From an uncultured Gemmatimonadales bacterium (GTDB taxonomy: Bacteria > Gemmatimonadota > Gemmatimonadetes > Gemmatimonadales > GWC2-71-9): DNA of 64,000 nucleotides. The first letter of the stretch is position 1; each line of letters starts with the position of its first letter. The position numbers were made by a program, and so were the translations under genes. The stretch lies in contig CAVYSW010000010.1 in assembly GCA_963771275.1 (NCBI GenBank), positions 224,001-288,000 of the forward strand, given 5' to 3'. Under the pieces are notes generated by a model. The model did no database searches. It saw only the letters and a list, made by a program, of their open reading frames with translations, and was not told the DNA's origin. Positions 63,686-64,000 of the stretch are shown here, in pieces.

Positions 63686-63723
63686 CAGACGCGCCGATCA
63701 CAGGTCGGCGCGTCTGTCGTTTT
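63686..63723 (+). terminator. Intrinsic terminator candidate
   Basis: Perfect 12-bp stem CAGACGCGCCGA/TCGGCGCGTCTG followed by TCGTTTT. Confidence 0.65.
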
Positions 63724-63817
63724 GGGACCCGGAGTGCCAGAATTGCCATACGCGCGGGAATGGAGGTTGCTCCTGTGGGCCACCGGAGCCATCCTCTGGA
63801 GGAGGAATGAGGAATCC

Positions 63818-64000
63818 GTGATACGACCCGATCGACTAACCATCAAGGCCTCCGAGGCCATCCAGGGCGCGACCCACCTCGCGCAGCAGCGCGGCAACCC
63901 GGTGGTGAACGACGCACACCTGTTCCACTCGCTGCTGGAACAGGACGAGGGGATCGTGGCGCCCCTGCTCCAGAAGCTTGGGCTCAGTCTGCGAGACCTG
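63818..64000 (+). CDS. clpB: Chaperone ClpB, N-terminal fragment (runs off window)
   Basis: DRLTIKASEAIQ.A..LA..RGN......HLFHSLLEQDEGIV..LLQKLG matches the Clp-N domain; GAGGA RBS upstream. Confidence 0.8.
   Translation, partial: MIRPDRLTIKASEAIQGATHLAQQRGNPVVNDAHLFHSLLEQDEGIVAPLLQKLGLSLRDL

Overview
High-GC bacterial chromosome segment made almost entirely of core genes, tightly packed and mostly on the + strand. Gene content and order suggest Gemmatimonadota or a related FCB-group lineage (inference, not a database result). In order: the 3' part of the dcw cluster (murF-mraY-murD-ftsW-murG-murC-ftsQ-ftsA-ftsZ), an M23 peptidase, a shortened HisA-like gene, a vWA membrane protein, ftsY and recG; a small accessory islet (lipoprotein, DinB, arsR-arsM); phhB, a beta-propeller lipoprotein, asnS, mazG, alr, cdd, an outer-membrane lipoprotein/beta-barrel pair, mtaB-miaB, comFB-comEC, fbp, a methylmalonyl-CoA mutase large subunit and DDAH; two FmdB zinc ribbons, argS, a PfkB kinase, purM, ribDEBAH-nusB, a GT4, hpf, hprK and a complete mannose-family PTS; metK-ahcY, DUF151, a cobalamin riboswitch controlling btuFCDB, recO, selB, a stand-alone T9SS-CTD/FlgD-Ig-like protein and the start of clpB. 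I see no CRISPR array, tRNA, rRNA, integrase or transposase, and no clearly novel multi-gene system. The best leads are a family of 9-bp-periodic G/C-run repeats that sit in frame inside recG and mazG and also between genes, a ComFB gene that appears to start at ATA, a B12 riboswitch whose P1 stem overlaps the upstream stop codon, a minimal arsRM islet, and a secreted protein consisting only of a T9SS-sorting-like domain. All calls come from motif recognition by eye; no searches were run.
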